Part shown: in pieces, positions 48,399-57,575 of the stretch
Position numbering within the stretch: position 1 is the first letter of the stretch
Layout: each line of letters begins with the position of its first letter
Origin: a virus
Lineage: Duplodnaviria; Caudoviricetes
IMG/VR virus record: IMGVR_UViG_3300035703_002708
DNA length: 64,000 nucleotides
Strand: one strand, 5' to 3'
Notes under the pieces: model-generated
The model's input: the letters and a program-made list of their open reading frames with translations, nothing else
The model's database searches: none
Told to the model about the DNA's origin: nothing
Made by a program: the position numbers and the translations under genes

Positions 48399-50732
48399 AT
48401 GAAACATAAATTGGACATAGAAAATTTGGATAATCCTTACGTGCAAGTAGTTTGGGAGGACACTCCTGAAAACTTTACACAAGAGAAAATCAAAAGTGTT
48501 AAACAATACTTTCAAAAGAAGTATTTGTCCAACAATGTTAATGTTATCACAAAGGTAAAACCTGTTGAAGATACTGATGTCCAATCGGTCGACATATCAT
48601 TCAACATTTTAGACCAGAATTATCAAAGGGAACTTATCAAGTCGTATCTAAAAAGTAAATCAGCCGACGACCAGTACGACAATATTCTTAAGATTGATTC
48701 TCAGGTTGAAAACAAATTGGTGTTAAATGAAACAGAAGTCACACCTTTCAAAAAATGGTTTATCAAAAGAATTGAGTTTTCGAACTTTCTATCTTATGGT
48801 GATAACCAAGTTTTAGATTTCGATAAGTGTGATGGAATAACCGTAGTAGAATCAGACCCTCCGAATTTCGGTGGTAAGACGGTCCTTACTGTAGATTTAT
48901 TATTATTTTTATTTTTCAACACTACCACCAAAACACAAAAGGCGGAGGAAATCTTCAACAGGTTTACTGATAAAAACAAAGTTTCAGTCAGAGGTGATAT
49001 TCTAATTGATGGTGAGGAATATATCCTTGTACGAACGATTGAAAGAAAGTTATCAAAGGCGGGAGAATGGAATGTAAAAACCAATTTGGATTTCTTTAAG
49101 AAATTATCAGATGGTTCGTTACAAAACTTCACAGGAGAGCAAAGACGAGAAACAGAGAACTTCATTAAAAAATCTATCGGAGAGATGGATGACTTTTTGA
49201 TGACAATTCTAACAACAGCCTCAAACTTGGAGGACCTATTGGAATCCAAACCAACGGCAAGAGGACAAGTGTTATCAAGGTTCTTGGGATTGGAATCACT
49301 AAAGAAAAAAGAAGAAGCAGGTAAAGAACTCTATAGTGAATTTTCAAAATCTATGTTGTCAAACATTTACAATACGGAATCTTTGAAACAAGAAATAGAG
49401 GGGTCAGAAAGTAAAATCATAGAGAACGAAACAAAGATTGGTTCGAATGAAAACCTGTTAGAAGATGTTAAACAACGTATTCAAAAAGGACAAGAATACC
49501 GTGACTCTCTTATATCTCAAAAACATACAGATATTGATAATGCAATTGCGATATTGAGTCCTGATAAGTTAAACTCTGAAATTGAGACACTTAAGTTAGA
49601 CAATACAAGATTGGTGTCTTTAATCAATTCAATCAATGTCGTTGAGCCATCTTCATATTATAAAGAAGACGAGCACGACAAAGTCAAAGAATTGTATAAT
49701 GTTGAGTTAAGAAAAAAATTCGAAGTTGAGTCAAAGATTTCAAACTTGAATGAACTGGCGAAATCTGTGTCAGGAGGTATTAAGTGTGAACACTGTGGTA
49801 TCGAACTACTAAACGCCGAGATAACAAAATCAAAGTTATCAGAACTCGCAGGACTTACTACGCATAAAGACCAAATAGTTGAGTTAATGAATGATTTATC
49901 AGACAAAGAAAAGTCATTCACACAACTTAAAAAGGAGTTTGATGAGTACGAAAAAAACAAACTCATTAAAGAAAAACACGAAGTATCTGTTGAAAGTAAT
50001 AATTTGAAAATTGAATCTCTCAACGATAAACTTGCAAAGTACAATCAAATCCAAGTCAAAATTGAGGAGAACAAACAAATTGAAAGTAAGTTAATTAAGG
50101 CTAACTTACGTATGGATGAACTTAACGGAGAACAAAGTAGATATACAAATGAGATTGGTCAGTTAAGATTCCAAAACGAAACACTCAATAAGAAAATCAA
50201 AGATAATTTCTCTATGATACAGAAAATATCAGAGGAGTCATCAAAAGAAAAAATCTATAAGTTGTATTTGGAAATCTTCGGTAAGAATGGTATCACAAAG
50301 TCGATTATGAAAACTATGATGCCAATAATAAACTCAGAACTACAAAGGCTACTTCAAGATAGTTCATACTTCAAGTTGGAAATCAGAATCAATGACAAAA
50401 ACGAAGTTGAGTTTATAATGATTGATAACAATACACAAGTTGAGAAACTTATGACATCGGGCTCAGGTTATGAAAAGACAATCGCATCACTTGCCTTGAG
50501 GTCCGTATTAAGTAAGATATGTTCATTACCAAAACCAAACATTATTGTTATGGATGAGGTCTTCGGAAAGATATCAAACGAAAACTTGGATATGGTTTAC
50601 GAGTTTTTCAGTAAGATTAAAGACTATTTTGAGAAAATTTTCCTTATCACACACAACCCTTTAATTTCTAATTGGGGTGATAATGTGGTGAAAATAAAAA
50701 AAGAGGATAATATTAGTAGAGTTATTCAGTAA
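48399..50732 (+). CDS. sbcC: SbcC/Rad50/gp46-like SMC ATPase with a 119-aa N-terminal extension
   Basis: IEFSNFLSYG, PNFGGKT P-loop, coiled coils, CEHC zinc hook, SGYE signature, IVMDE Walker B and LITH H-loop. Confidence 0.88.
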   Translation: MKHKLDIENLDNPYVQVVWEDTPENFTQEKIKSVKQYFQKKYLSNNVNVITKVKPVEDTDVQSVDISFNILDQNYQRELIKSYLKSKSADDQYDNILKIDSQVENKLVLNETEVTPFKKWFIKRIEFSNFLSYGDNQVLDFDKCDGITVVESDPPNFGGKTVLTVDLLLFLFFNTTTKTQKAEEIFNRFTDKNKVSVRGDILIDGEEYILVRTIERKLSKAGEWNVKTNLDFFKKLSDGSLQNFTGEQRRETENFIKKSIGEMDDFLMTILTTASNLEDLLESKPTARGQVLSRFLGLESLKKKEEAGKELYSEFSKSMLSNIYNTESLKQEIEGSESKIIENETKIGSNENLLEDVKQRIQKGQEYRDSLISQKHTDIDNAIAILSPDKLNSEIETLKLDNTRLVSLINSINVVEPSSYYKEDEHDKVKELYNVELRKKFEVESKISNLNELAKSVSGGIKCEHCGIELLNAEITKSKLSELAGLTTHKDQIVELMNDLSDKEKSFTQLKKEFDEYEKNKLIKEKHEVSVESNNLKIESLNDKLAKYNQIQVKIEENKQIESKLIKANLRMDELNGEQSRYTNEIGQLRFQNETLNKKIKDNFSMIQKISEESSKEKIYKLYLEIFGKNGITKSIMKTMMPIINSELQRLLQDSSYFKLEIRINDKNEVEFIMIDNNTQVEKLMTSGSGYEKTIASLALRSVLSKICSLPKPNIIVMDEVFGKISNENLDMVYEFFSKIKDYFEKIFLITHNPLISNWGDNVVKIKKEDNISRVIQ

Positions 50733-50734
50733 GA

Positions 50735-50750
50735 ATATTTATATTTGCAC
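50735..50750 (+). promoter_or_regulatory. Overlapping phage motif (ATATTTAT) and host-type -7 element (TATATTTGCAC)
   Basis: The sequence ATATTTATATTTGCAC lies immediately before ATG 50755. Confidence 0.55.
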
Positions 50751-50754
50751 CACT

Positions 50755-53178
50755 ATGATGACAAGCAGTATTACAAAATTATTCGAGATAGCACACAACG
50801 AAAAAGACGTTGAAAATGCTTACAGGTATGCGTTCCTTAATCAATATAAGGATTTTGAAATTACTTCACCTTTTGGTTGCGATGGATTCGGAGTGTCAAA
50901 GACAAACAAAATTAGAGTTCTATTAGAATTTAAGGATGATTTGGATTTAAGTAACAAAACAGAATTGGCAAAAGTTATTGCTCAATCAATCTACTACACC
51001 AAAAAATTCTATGACCAAGGAACAATACCGCCTTCTACTGTCTTTATCGGTGATAGAAATGAGTGTCTAACTTTTCATGTTAATGATATTTTACCGTATT
51101 TGGAGTTAGATTTAGATTGGAGCATTGCACCATCTTCGGCTCATAGGAATATCGATTTGATATCTAAAATATCAGATGATGACAATATTCGACCATTCGT
51201 GTTTGATTATAAAGATTTTCCCGACTGTATTAGAAAAGTCAAAGAACTTACCGATAATGTACAACGAAAAGTTTTGGTCACAGACAAAAACATCACAGAA
51301 GTTTTCAGGTATTTCTATCAAAAAGTAATTCCAAAAACACATCTGGACACAAATCAAAGAGCAAATCTGTTTGTACAGTTGTTAGTCAATAAAGACGACA
51401 ATTATCTGCATCCGTCAAAAAAAAGAAAAACTGTTGTTACCAAGTCTTTTGGTGAAATTCAAATCTCATCGAGAGAAGCATTCGATTCTTTTTTTTCTCA
51501 CTTTTCATCATCTTATACACCATCGCAAAAACATAAATTGTCTGCTGTTGTTGACCGTATTGTAGAAGACACAACTCGCAGGAAACAAGGTGAGTTCTTT
51601 ACTCCTGCTATTTGGGTTGATAAAGCACACGAATATATTGCTTCTGTATATGGCGAAGATTGGAAAGAAAAATATGTGGTTTGGGACCCAGCTTGGGGTA
51701 CAGGAAATCTTACCCGTGATTACAAGTTCAAAGAACTTTATTGTTCAACTCTAATTCAATCGGACATTGATACTGCAAATCAGATGGGATATAACCCTGA
51801 AGCCGTAAAGTTTCAATATGATTTTCTGAATGATGATTATAATCAATTACCAATTGGTTTGAGAAACGCTATTGAAACAGGTAAACAAATTATTGTTTTG
51901 ATGAATCCACCTTATGGAACCGCTGCAGGTAATAAAAGCGGAAACATAAAAAAAGATATTTCATCAAATAGGGTTTATGAGGAAATGATTTCTGAGAACA
52001 ATTGGGTCGATGCTCAAAAACAATTATTTACTCAATTTTTGTACAGATTACAAAAAATCAACTCAAATCGAAATATTTCAATTTCACTCTTTAGTTCTCC
52101 TATTTTTATCACAAGTAAGAATTATTCTAAATTTTATGAATTTTTTACTCAGTTTTATGGTTTTCAAAAAGGGTTCATGTTCGATTCAAAAAATTTTGCA
52201 GATGTTTCAGAAAATTGGGGAATCTCCTTCACAATTTTTTCTAATAACCTTAACCATATTCCTGTAAAAATTGATTTATTAAATCTAAATGAAAATTTCG
52301 AAATTTCGAAAATTTCAGAGAAAGAACTGCCATCCTTCAATTCAATTTCAACGGCTAATTCTTGGATAAGAGAGAATATCAAATATAAAAAAATAGATTT
52401 TCCACAATTATCATCCGCGTTGAATGTAAAACAAAAAGGTGGTGGGGCTTGGGAAGAAAATGCTATTGGTTTTTTCTATAATGCTGGAAATAGTGTTGAG
52501 ACAAACGCAACAAATCAGGCATTGTCTACCGCACCTCATCATGGCGCAGCACAAGGCTTTCCTTTCAAAAAAGAAGATATTGGAAAAGTCCTCTCCACTT
52601 TTACCGCAAGAAAACTTATTACTTCAAATTGGAGTAATAGTAAAGACGAATATTTGAAACCAAAATTGGACTCAGAAAAGTTTTTAATTTATAGTGGAGA
52701 CTCGATTGTATATTCATTATTTAATTCTTCGTCTAATCAATCCTCACTTCGTCAAGTTAATTACAAAGACCAACTATGGGATATCAAAAATGAATTCTTT
52801 TGGATGTCTGTCGATAAGATGAAAGAACTTGCGGACCAAAACGGATATGATGAACTTTACAACGACGCAAGGACATCTTCAGACCGTCATGTTTACAAAC
52901 TTCTTTTTGGTGAAGAAAGAATATACGACAAACTTTCTCCTGATGCTAAAGCAGTTTTAGATAAAGCAACAGAACTTGTTGAAAGGTCAATGGAAGTCCG
53001 TCAGGTTATGGCAAATGATGAGAACCACTTAAACTCTTGGGATGCTGGATATGCCCAACTCAAACTTGCATGGAAAGAATACTTCCAAGAAGAGTTCAAA
53101 GAGTTCCGTCAATTATACAAAGCATTGGAAGATAGAATCAGACCATTAGTATATGAATTAGGTTTTCTAAAGAAATAA
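50755..53178 (+). CDS. Type IIG-like restriction-modification fusion: PD-(D/E)XK domain, gamma-class N6-adenine methyltransferase and target-recognition domain
   Basis: CDGF...LLEFK...AQSIYY nuclease-like motif; GEFFTP (motif X), WDPAWGTG (motif I), DFL and MNPPY (motif IV). Confidence 0.75.
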   Translation: MMTSSITKLFEIAHNEKDVENAYRYAFLNQYKDFEITSPFGCDGFGVSKTNKIRVLLEFKDDLDLSNKTELAKVIAQSIYYTKKFYDQGTIPPSTVFIGDRNECLTFHVNDILPYLELDLDWSIAPSSAHRNIDLISKISDDDNIRPFVFDYKDFPDCIRKVKELTDNVQRKVLVTDKNITEVFRYFYQKVIPKTHLDTNQRANLFVQLLVNKDDNYLHPSKKRKTVVTKSFGEIQISSREAFDSFFSHFSSSYTPSQKHKLSAVVDRIVEDTTRRKQGEFFTPAIWVDKAHEYIASVYGEDWKEKYVVWDPAWGTGNLTRDYKFKELYCSTLIQSDIDTANQMGYNPEAVKFQYDFLNDDYNQLPIGLRNAIETGKQIIVLMNPPYGTAAGNKSGNIKKDISSNRVYEEMISENNWVDAQKQLFTQFLYRLQKINSNRNISISLFSSPIFITSKNYSKFYEFFTQFYGFQKGFMFDSKNFADVSENWGISFTIFSNNLNHIPVKIDLLNLNENFEISKISEKELPSFNSISTANSWIRENIKYKKIDFPQLSSALNVKQKGGGAWEENAIGFFYNAGNSVETNATNQALSTAPHHGAAQGFPFKKEDIGKVLSTFTARKLITSNWSNSKDEYLKPKLDSEKFLIYSGDSIVYSLFNSSSNQSSLRQVNYKDQLWDIKNEFFWMSVDKMKELADQNGYDELYNDARTSSDRHVYKLLFGEERIYDKLSPDAKAVLDKATELVERSMEVRQVMANDENHLNSWDAGYAQLKLAWKEYFQEEFKEFRQLYKALEDRIRPLVYELGFLKK

Positions 53179-53182
53179 AAAC

Positions 53183-53217
53183 AAAAAACCCCATCCTTTT
53201 AGGTGGGGTTTCTTTTT
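53183..53217. terminator. Bidirectional intrinsic terminator between convergent genes
   Basis: A6-flanked AAACCCCA-TCCTTTTAGG-TGGGGTTT stem followed by CTTTTT. Confidence 0.8.
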
Positions 53218-53863
53218 AAAAATCCTTATCAAAAGGATTCGTTATGTCTCGTCTTTTAAATCCAACACCACCAACATATTGATTGGCGTCAGTTTTCTTG
53301 GCAAAAAACTCCATTACTTTCATTGCCGCCTTTCTATCAAATTCTTTATCTTCAGTTTCAGGAACAACACCATCGATGTATATTGAACCTCTGAATTGTC
53401 TAATGTCACCATCATAACTGAAAATATCGTCTATGTCGGATTCATCAAATTCTCCGTCACCATCGACAACCTCTTTGATTTTTTCCATAACATAATCGGT
53501 ATCTTCTTCGTCATCACCAAAATCTTCAAACTCATTTTCGTCTTGTTCCATCATTGGTTCCTCCATCGAAGATGAACCACCACGTTTGTCTTTAGCCTTT
53601 TCCAAATATGTAAACGCTTCCTCACCATATATGTCAAAAAGTCTTTGAAAAATCGCGGCAGGGTTTTTTCTCATATAACGAATAACATCATTAGGAATAT
53701 ATCTCGAATATGTTGGACCAAAAATATCCTTCACTTGAAACTCTCTTGGTTGTGTTGCTCTCTCAAGGTCTGCGGAGTAATCCTGCTCATATAGATTTTT
53801 TGTAATAGATTTTCTAATCTGTTCAACAAGTTCATCTCTTGTTAGTTTGATAATTTTTCTCAT
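53216..53863 (-). CDS. Acidic putative head-internal protein (probable start 53863, MRKIIKLTRDE)
   Basis: N-terminal MRKIIKLTRDELVEQIRKSITKNLYEQ helix; preceded by the phage promoter motif on the minus strand. Confidence 0.6.
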   Translation of the reverse strand: MRKIIKLTRDELVEQIRKSITKNLYEQDYSADLERATQPREFQVKDIFGPTYSRYIPNDVIRYMRKNPAAIFQRLFDIYGEEAFTYLEKAKDKRGGSSSMEEPMMEQDENEFEDFGDDEEDTDYVMEKIKEVVDGDGEFDESDIDDIFSYDGDIRQFRGSIYIDGVVPETEDKEFDRKAAMKVMEFFAKKTDANQYVGGVGFKRRDITNPFDKDF

Positions 53864-53867
53864 AAAA

Positions 53868-53900
53868 TTTGTCTTTACCAAATAAATATCCCTATATTTG
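53868..53900 (+). promoter_or_regulatory. Bacteroidota-type promoter for the sigma operon
   Basis: TTTG-N21-TATATTTG, 16 nt before ATG 53917. Confidence 0.65.
53882..53889 (-). promoter_or_regulatory. ATATTTAT phage promoter motif (minus strand)
   Basis: AATAAATATC on the plus strand reads GATATTTATT on the minus strand; 18 nt upstream of ATG 53863. Confidence 0.5.
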
Positions 53901-53916
53901 TAAAATAATCTACGAC

Positions 53917-54420
53917 ATGAAATATCTTTTAGTTGTCTTCGGAGACTTTTCGAAAAAAACAAAGTTGGTCAAAACAATTGCTGAATCCGTTTCCATCATA
54001 TCTGATGAGGAGTCAGTTAAATATAGTTACGGTGATAATGTTGCGGTCATGAATTTCAACTCACTCGATGACCAAGAAGAGGTTGCCATATATATAGATG
54101 AGTTGTTAAAAGGTATCGTGACCCTATTTTTATTGACTCCATACACTAATAATGTATACACTTCGTTACCTATGGATGTTCACAAATATCTGTTTGGAAC
54201 GTCAGAAATCATAGATGAGGATAATTATAATTTGGAGGACGAAATCGACATTGACCGATTAGTACCACCACTTAATTCAAAATCTTCAACGAAAGTTGCC
54301 AAACTTAAGATAAAAGAACTATCTTTGGATGAAATTTTGGATAAGATAAACACAGAAGGAATTCACTCTTTAACAGAACAAGAAAGACTAACTTTAGAAA
54401 AACACTCAAACAGAATATGA
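53917..54420 (+). CDS. Hypothetical protein with a C-terminal DUF6576-like helical domain (probable start 53917)
   Basis: LDEILDKINTEGIHSLTEQERLTL resembles the C-terminal domain of Bacteroidota rhomboid proteins; ATGA overlap with sigma. Confidence 0.55.
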   Translation: MKYLLVVFGDFSKKTKLVKTIAESVSIISDEESVKYSYGDNVAVMNFNSLDDQEEVAIYIDELLKGIVTLFLLTPYTNNVYTSLPMDVHKYLFGTSEIIDEDNYNLEDEIDIDRLVPPLNSKSSTKVAKLKIKELSLDEILDKINTEGIHSLTEQERLTLEKHSNRI

Positions 54421-55217
54421 AAGAGAAAAACACCTCCCTACCAATTAACCAAGAAGAAATTCAATCATACCTCAAAGATTTGAGGAAGATTAAGGTTATG
54501 ACCCCCGAGCGGGAAAAAGAACTTGCAAAACTTATTTCTTCAGGAAACCTGACAGAAGACCAACGTAAAAAAATTAACAAAGAACTCGTTGAGGGTAATT
54601 TGAGGTTTGTTATTACGGTCGCCAAACAATATCAAAATCAAGGGCTTGATTTTCCCGATTTGATTGCCGAAGGTAATATGGGTCTTATCAAAGCAATCGA
54701 GAATTTTGATTGGAGTAAGAACCTACGTTTTATATCATATGCAGTGTGGTGGGTTCGTCAGTGTATTTTACAATCTTTAAACGAGAACGCCCGTACTATT
54801 CGTCTTCCAGTTAATGTGGTTCAGGACTTACATAGGGCAAAAAAAGAAATCGAAAACAACGGTAAACAACTTCCCGAGAAGTTTACATCACTACCATCTA
54901 TGGTAAACCTCAACGATGAAATCAACGAGGATGGTGATACACTTATCGATGTTATCGTAAATGAAAACGTGACCATGCCTGACGAAGTGTTCAACACCAA
55001 AGATAAGTTGAAACAAAAACTTATGGAAGTATTGAATGTTTTGGATGAAAGAGAACGTGTAATTATTGAAGATTATTTTGGACTCGCAGGAACGCCCCGT
55101 ACATTGGAGGACATAGGAGAGGATTTTGACCTCACAAAAGAACGAGTTCGTCAAATCAAAGAAAAAGCGTTACGTAAGTTACGCAACGAAAGTTCAGAAC
55201 TCTTTGACTACATTTAA
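54417..55217 (+). CDS. rpoD: RNA polymerase sigma factor, Bacteroidota sigma-A/RpoD-like, lacking region 1.1
   Basis: NLRFVITVAKQYQNQG, DLIAEGNMGL, FISYAVWWVRQ, and TLEDIG...LTKERVRQIKEKALRKL. Confidence 0.92.
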   Translation: MKEKNTSLPINQEEIQSYLKDLRKIKVMTPEREKELAKLISSGNLTEDQRKKINKELVEGNLRFVITVAKQYQNQGLDFPDLIAEGNMGLIKAIENFDWSKNLRFISYAVWWVRQCILQSLNENARTIRLPVNVVQDLHRAKKEIENNGKQLPEKFTSLPSMVNLNDEINEDGDTLIDVIVNENVTMPDEVFNTKDKLKQKLMEVLNVLDERERVIIEDYFGLAGTPRTLEDIGEDFDLTKERVRQIKEKALRKLRNESSELFDYI

Positions 55218-55228
55218 CAAAAATTAAA

Positions 55229-55236
55229 ATATTTAT
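55229..55236 (+). promoter_or_regulatory. ATATTTAT phage promoter motif
   Basis: 10 nt before ATG 55247, at the head of the lysis-like cassette. Confidence 0.5.
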
Positions 55237-55246
55237 AAGAAAAACT

Positions 55247-55522
55247 ATGGAAAAGTATCAAAAGTATTTCACCCTTGCTACGCTCATTCTGTGTCTATTC
55301 ACATTCTTAAAGACTTGTGGAACGTCTTCAGAACTAAAAAGAATGGAAAAAAACATCGAAGGACTAAACAAAAAGGTTCATCAAATTGATTCAACATCTA
55401 TCAAACAAGAACAGATGGTGAAAATCATTAAAGAAACGCCTAATTGGAGAACACTTGAAATTGAGGAGTTATCGGACAAAAACAAAGTTCCTGTTAACTA
55501 CTATAAAAATATGGATAAGTAA
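55247..55522 (+). CDS. Small membrane-anchored or lipoprotein coiled-coil protein (spanin-like candidate)
   Basis: Hydrophobic N-terminus ending FLKTC, then a short coiled coil. Confidence 0.45.
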   Translation: MEKYQKYFTLATLILCLFTFLKTCGTSSELKRMEKNIEGLNKKVHQIDSTSIKQEQMVKIIKETPNWRTLEIEELSDKNKVPVNYYKNMDK

Positions 55523-56370
55523 TGAAGAACTGGATTCAAAGAAATCTTAAAAGTATAATTGTAACAGCGTTTGTTATTCCGATACTATTAGTTGCTTTTG
55601 TATCAATATCACACGTAACATCCTTTTATGGAATATCGAACCCATTTGCTTGGGCGGTTTATCTCTCCGTTGCGGTTGAGATAGCCGCCCTTTCGGCACT
55701 TGCTGGTGTTTCAGTAAAACTAGGAAAGTTCATATATTTTCCTTTCATATTGGTAACATTTATTCAGTTTGTTGGTAATTTATTTTTCTCTTTTTCATTC
55801 ATCGAAGAACAATCAGAGTTATTTAAACAGTGGATGGAAATGGCAGGACCACTTTTTGAACCTATGGGTATTGAAACAACTGACATACCAACACACAAGT
55901 TAATATTGGCGCTTTTCAGTGGTGGATTATTACCAATCATATCTTTGACATTTGCTCATATGTTGGTGGTATATTCTAACAGAGAAGAACAATCAATTGA
56001 AACTCCAACACCAGTAATAGATTTAGAAGAAGTTTCTCGTCAAGCAGGTCTTATCGAAAAACAAAATCAACAAGAAGAAACAATCAACATCACCCAAGAA
56101 AAAATAGAATTACTCGAAAAACATCTTAATGAATTACAGAATCAGAAGTTCGGAAAAGCCGAACAACTCGTTTCTGAACCAGAACCAATAGAAACACCAC
56201 AAAAGACAGAAGAAATTATTGAAGAACCAACAGAGATTGAAATCGAGGAGGTTATTGAAGAACCTCAAGAAGAGATAGTAGTAGAAAATCAAACAGTAGA
56301 AGAACTTAAAGATAAGTTGGCTGAAGATTCTGGCATAAAGAGACTGACTTACACTAAAAGAAATGCCTGA
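55522..56370 (+). CDS. Multi-pass membrane protein with an acidic tail (DUF2637-like; holin/lysis regulator candidate)
   Basis: About four TM helices including AVEIAALSALAG; Glu-rich C-terminus; adjacent to the amidase. Confidence 0.5.
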   Translation: MKNWIQRNLKSIIVTAFVIPILLVAFVSISHVTSFYGISNPFAWAVYLSVAVEIAALSALAGVSVKLGKFIYFPFILVTFIQFVGNLFFSFSFIEEQSELFKQWMEMAGPLFEPMGIETTDIPTHKLILALFSGGLLPIISLTFAHMLVVYSNREEQSIETPTPVIDLEEVSRQAGLIEKQNQQEETINITQEKIELLEKHLNELQNQKFGKAEQLVSEPEPIETPQKTEEIIEEPTEIEIEEVIEEPQEEIVVENQTVEELKDKLAEDSGIKRLTYTKRNA

Positions 56371-56965
56371 GATTATTGAGTATGGGGATTTTAAAACAAC
56401 AGGGAAACAAAAAAAGAAAAAACAAATAATCCTGTGTCACACCTCAAGAGAGGTTGGAGAGTATTTATCATCGCTTAAAAATAGGTTAAACGGTAAGTTC
56501 GACAGAATACCAAATTATGTTCTTACAAGAGAAGGTACGATATTGAAATTGCTACCTGACATAGGACACACCAATTTCTTTAAAAACGATAATGTAAACA
56601 GAAATGGTATTATAATATCTTTAGAAAATTTGGGTTGGGTCGACAAGGAACCACTTAAAGACCACTATCGTAATTGGATTGGTAATATTTACAAGGGACC
56701 AATTATCGATAAGAAGTGGAGAGACTATTTCTTTTGGCAACCTTATACTGATGTTCAGTATGAAAGGTTACATTTTTTATGTGATAAACTTTGTGATGAG
56801 TTTAAAATCGACAAAAAAACTATAGGACACAACACCAAATTTACTGGAATCGAAAAATTCGATGGTATTGTCACAAAAAGTAACTACGACGTGATATTTA
56901 CTGATGTAAGCCCTGCTTTCGATTTTGACAAATTTAACAAACTATTTGATTATGGACAAACATGA
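56363..56965 (+). CDS. N-acetylmuramoyl-L-alanine amidase (Amidase_2), probable endolysin
   Basis: IILCHT, NYVLTREGTI, IISLEN, IGHN and DVSPAF motifs. Confidence 0.75.
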   Translation: MPEIIEYGDFKTTGKQKKKKQIILCHTSREVGEYLSSLKNRLNGKFDRIPNYVLTREGTILKLLPDIGHTNFFKNDNVNRNGIIISLENLGWVDKEPLKDHYRNWIGNIYKGPIIDKKWRDYFFWQPYTDVQYERLHFLCDKLCDEFKIDKKTIGHNTKFTGIEKFDGIVTKSNYDVIFTDVSPAFDFDKFNKLFDYGQT

Positions 56966-57575
56966 CGAAATAAAAAACCTATTAGAAGCATCGAGAAAAA
57001 TGCTTTCAGGAAATAATAAAATCTTGAAAGAAGATATCAAAAGTATCAAAAAAAAATATGGTATTTTCGAACAAGAAAAAATGAAAGATATTGATACGGG
57101 TGCAGAAATCGCCAAAAGAGTGAATGTACCTTCATCGGTGGAAACAGAAATTGAGTTCGAAACTGAAAATAAAAAAGACAAACAACAAGCCTACAGAATT
57201 TCAGGTGGAGTACTCACTATGCACGGTAAAGACCAACAAGACCTACAAATAACATCACTTGAAAAACAATCTTTTCAAGAAACTATGGATGAGTTTGTTG
57301 CTGAGGTTTCAGATATGGTTGATTTCAACTCACTGAATGTTTACGAAGATAGTGTTGAATGGTCGGGAAGACTAATTGAGTTCGATATGGATTTTATGTA
57401 CAGAATCGGTGAAACAAATGGTGTGTATGTAGATAGTGAGATGGTTAAAGTGGACCAAGATTTTGATATGATGATAGATAAATTGAGAAAATTCTATGAA
57501 AAATTCAAATCAAAGTGGGCAAAGATTATTGCTCAGAGAAAAAGAACTGAACCAGACCAGGAGGAAGAACAATGA
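56952..57575 (+). CDS. Hypothetical protein with xxE-type N-terminal helices (probable start 56952)
   Basis: DEIKNLLEASRKML...ILKEDIKSIKKKYGIFEQ. Confidence 0.55.
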   Translation: MDKHDEIKNLLEASRKMLSGNNKILKEDIKSIKKKYGIFEQEKMKDIDTGAEIAKRVNVPSSVETEIEFETENKKDKQQAYRISGGVLTMHGKDQQDLQITSLEKQSFQETMDEFVAEVSDMVDFNSLNVYEDSVEWSGRLIEFDMDFMYRIGETNGVYVDSEMVKVDQDFDMMIDKLRKFYEKFKSKWAKIIAQRKRTEPDQEEEQ

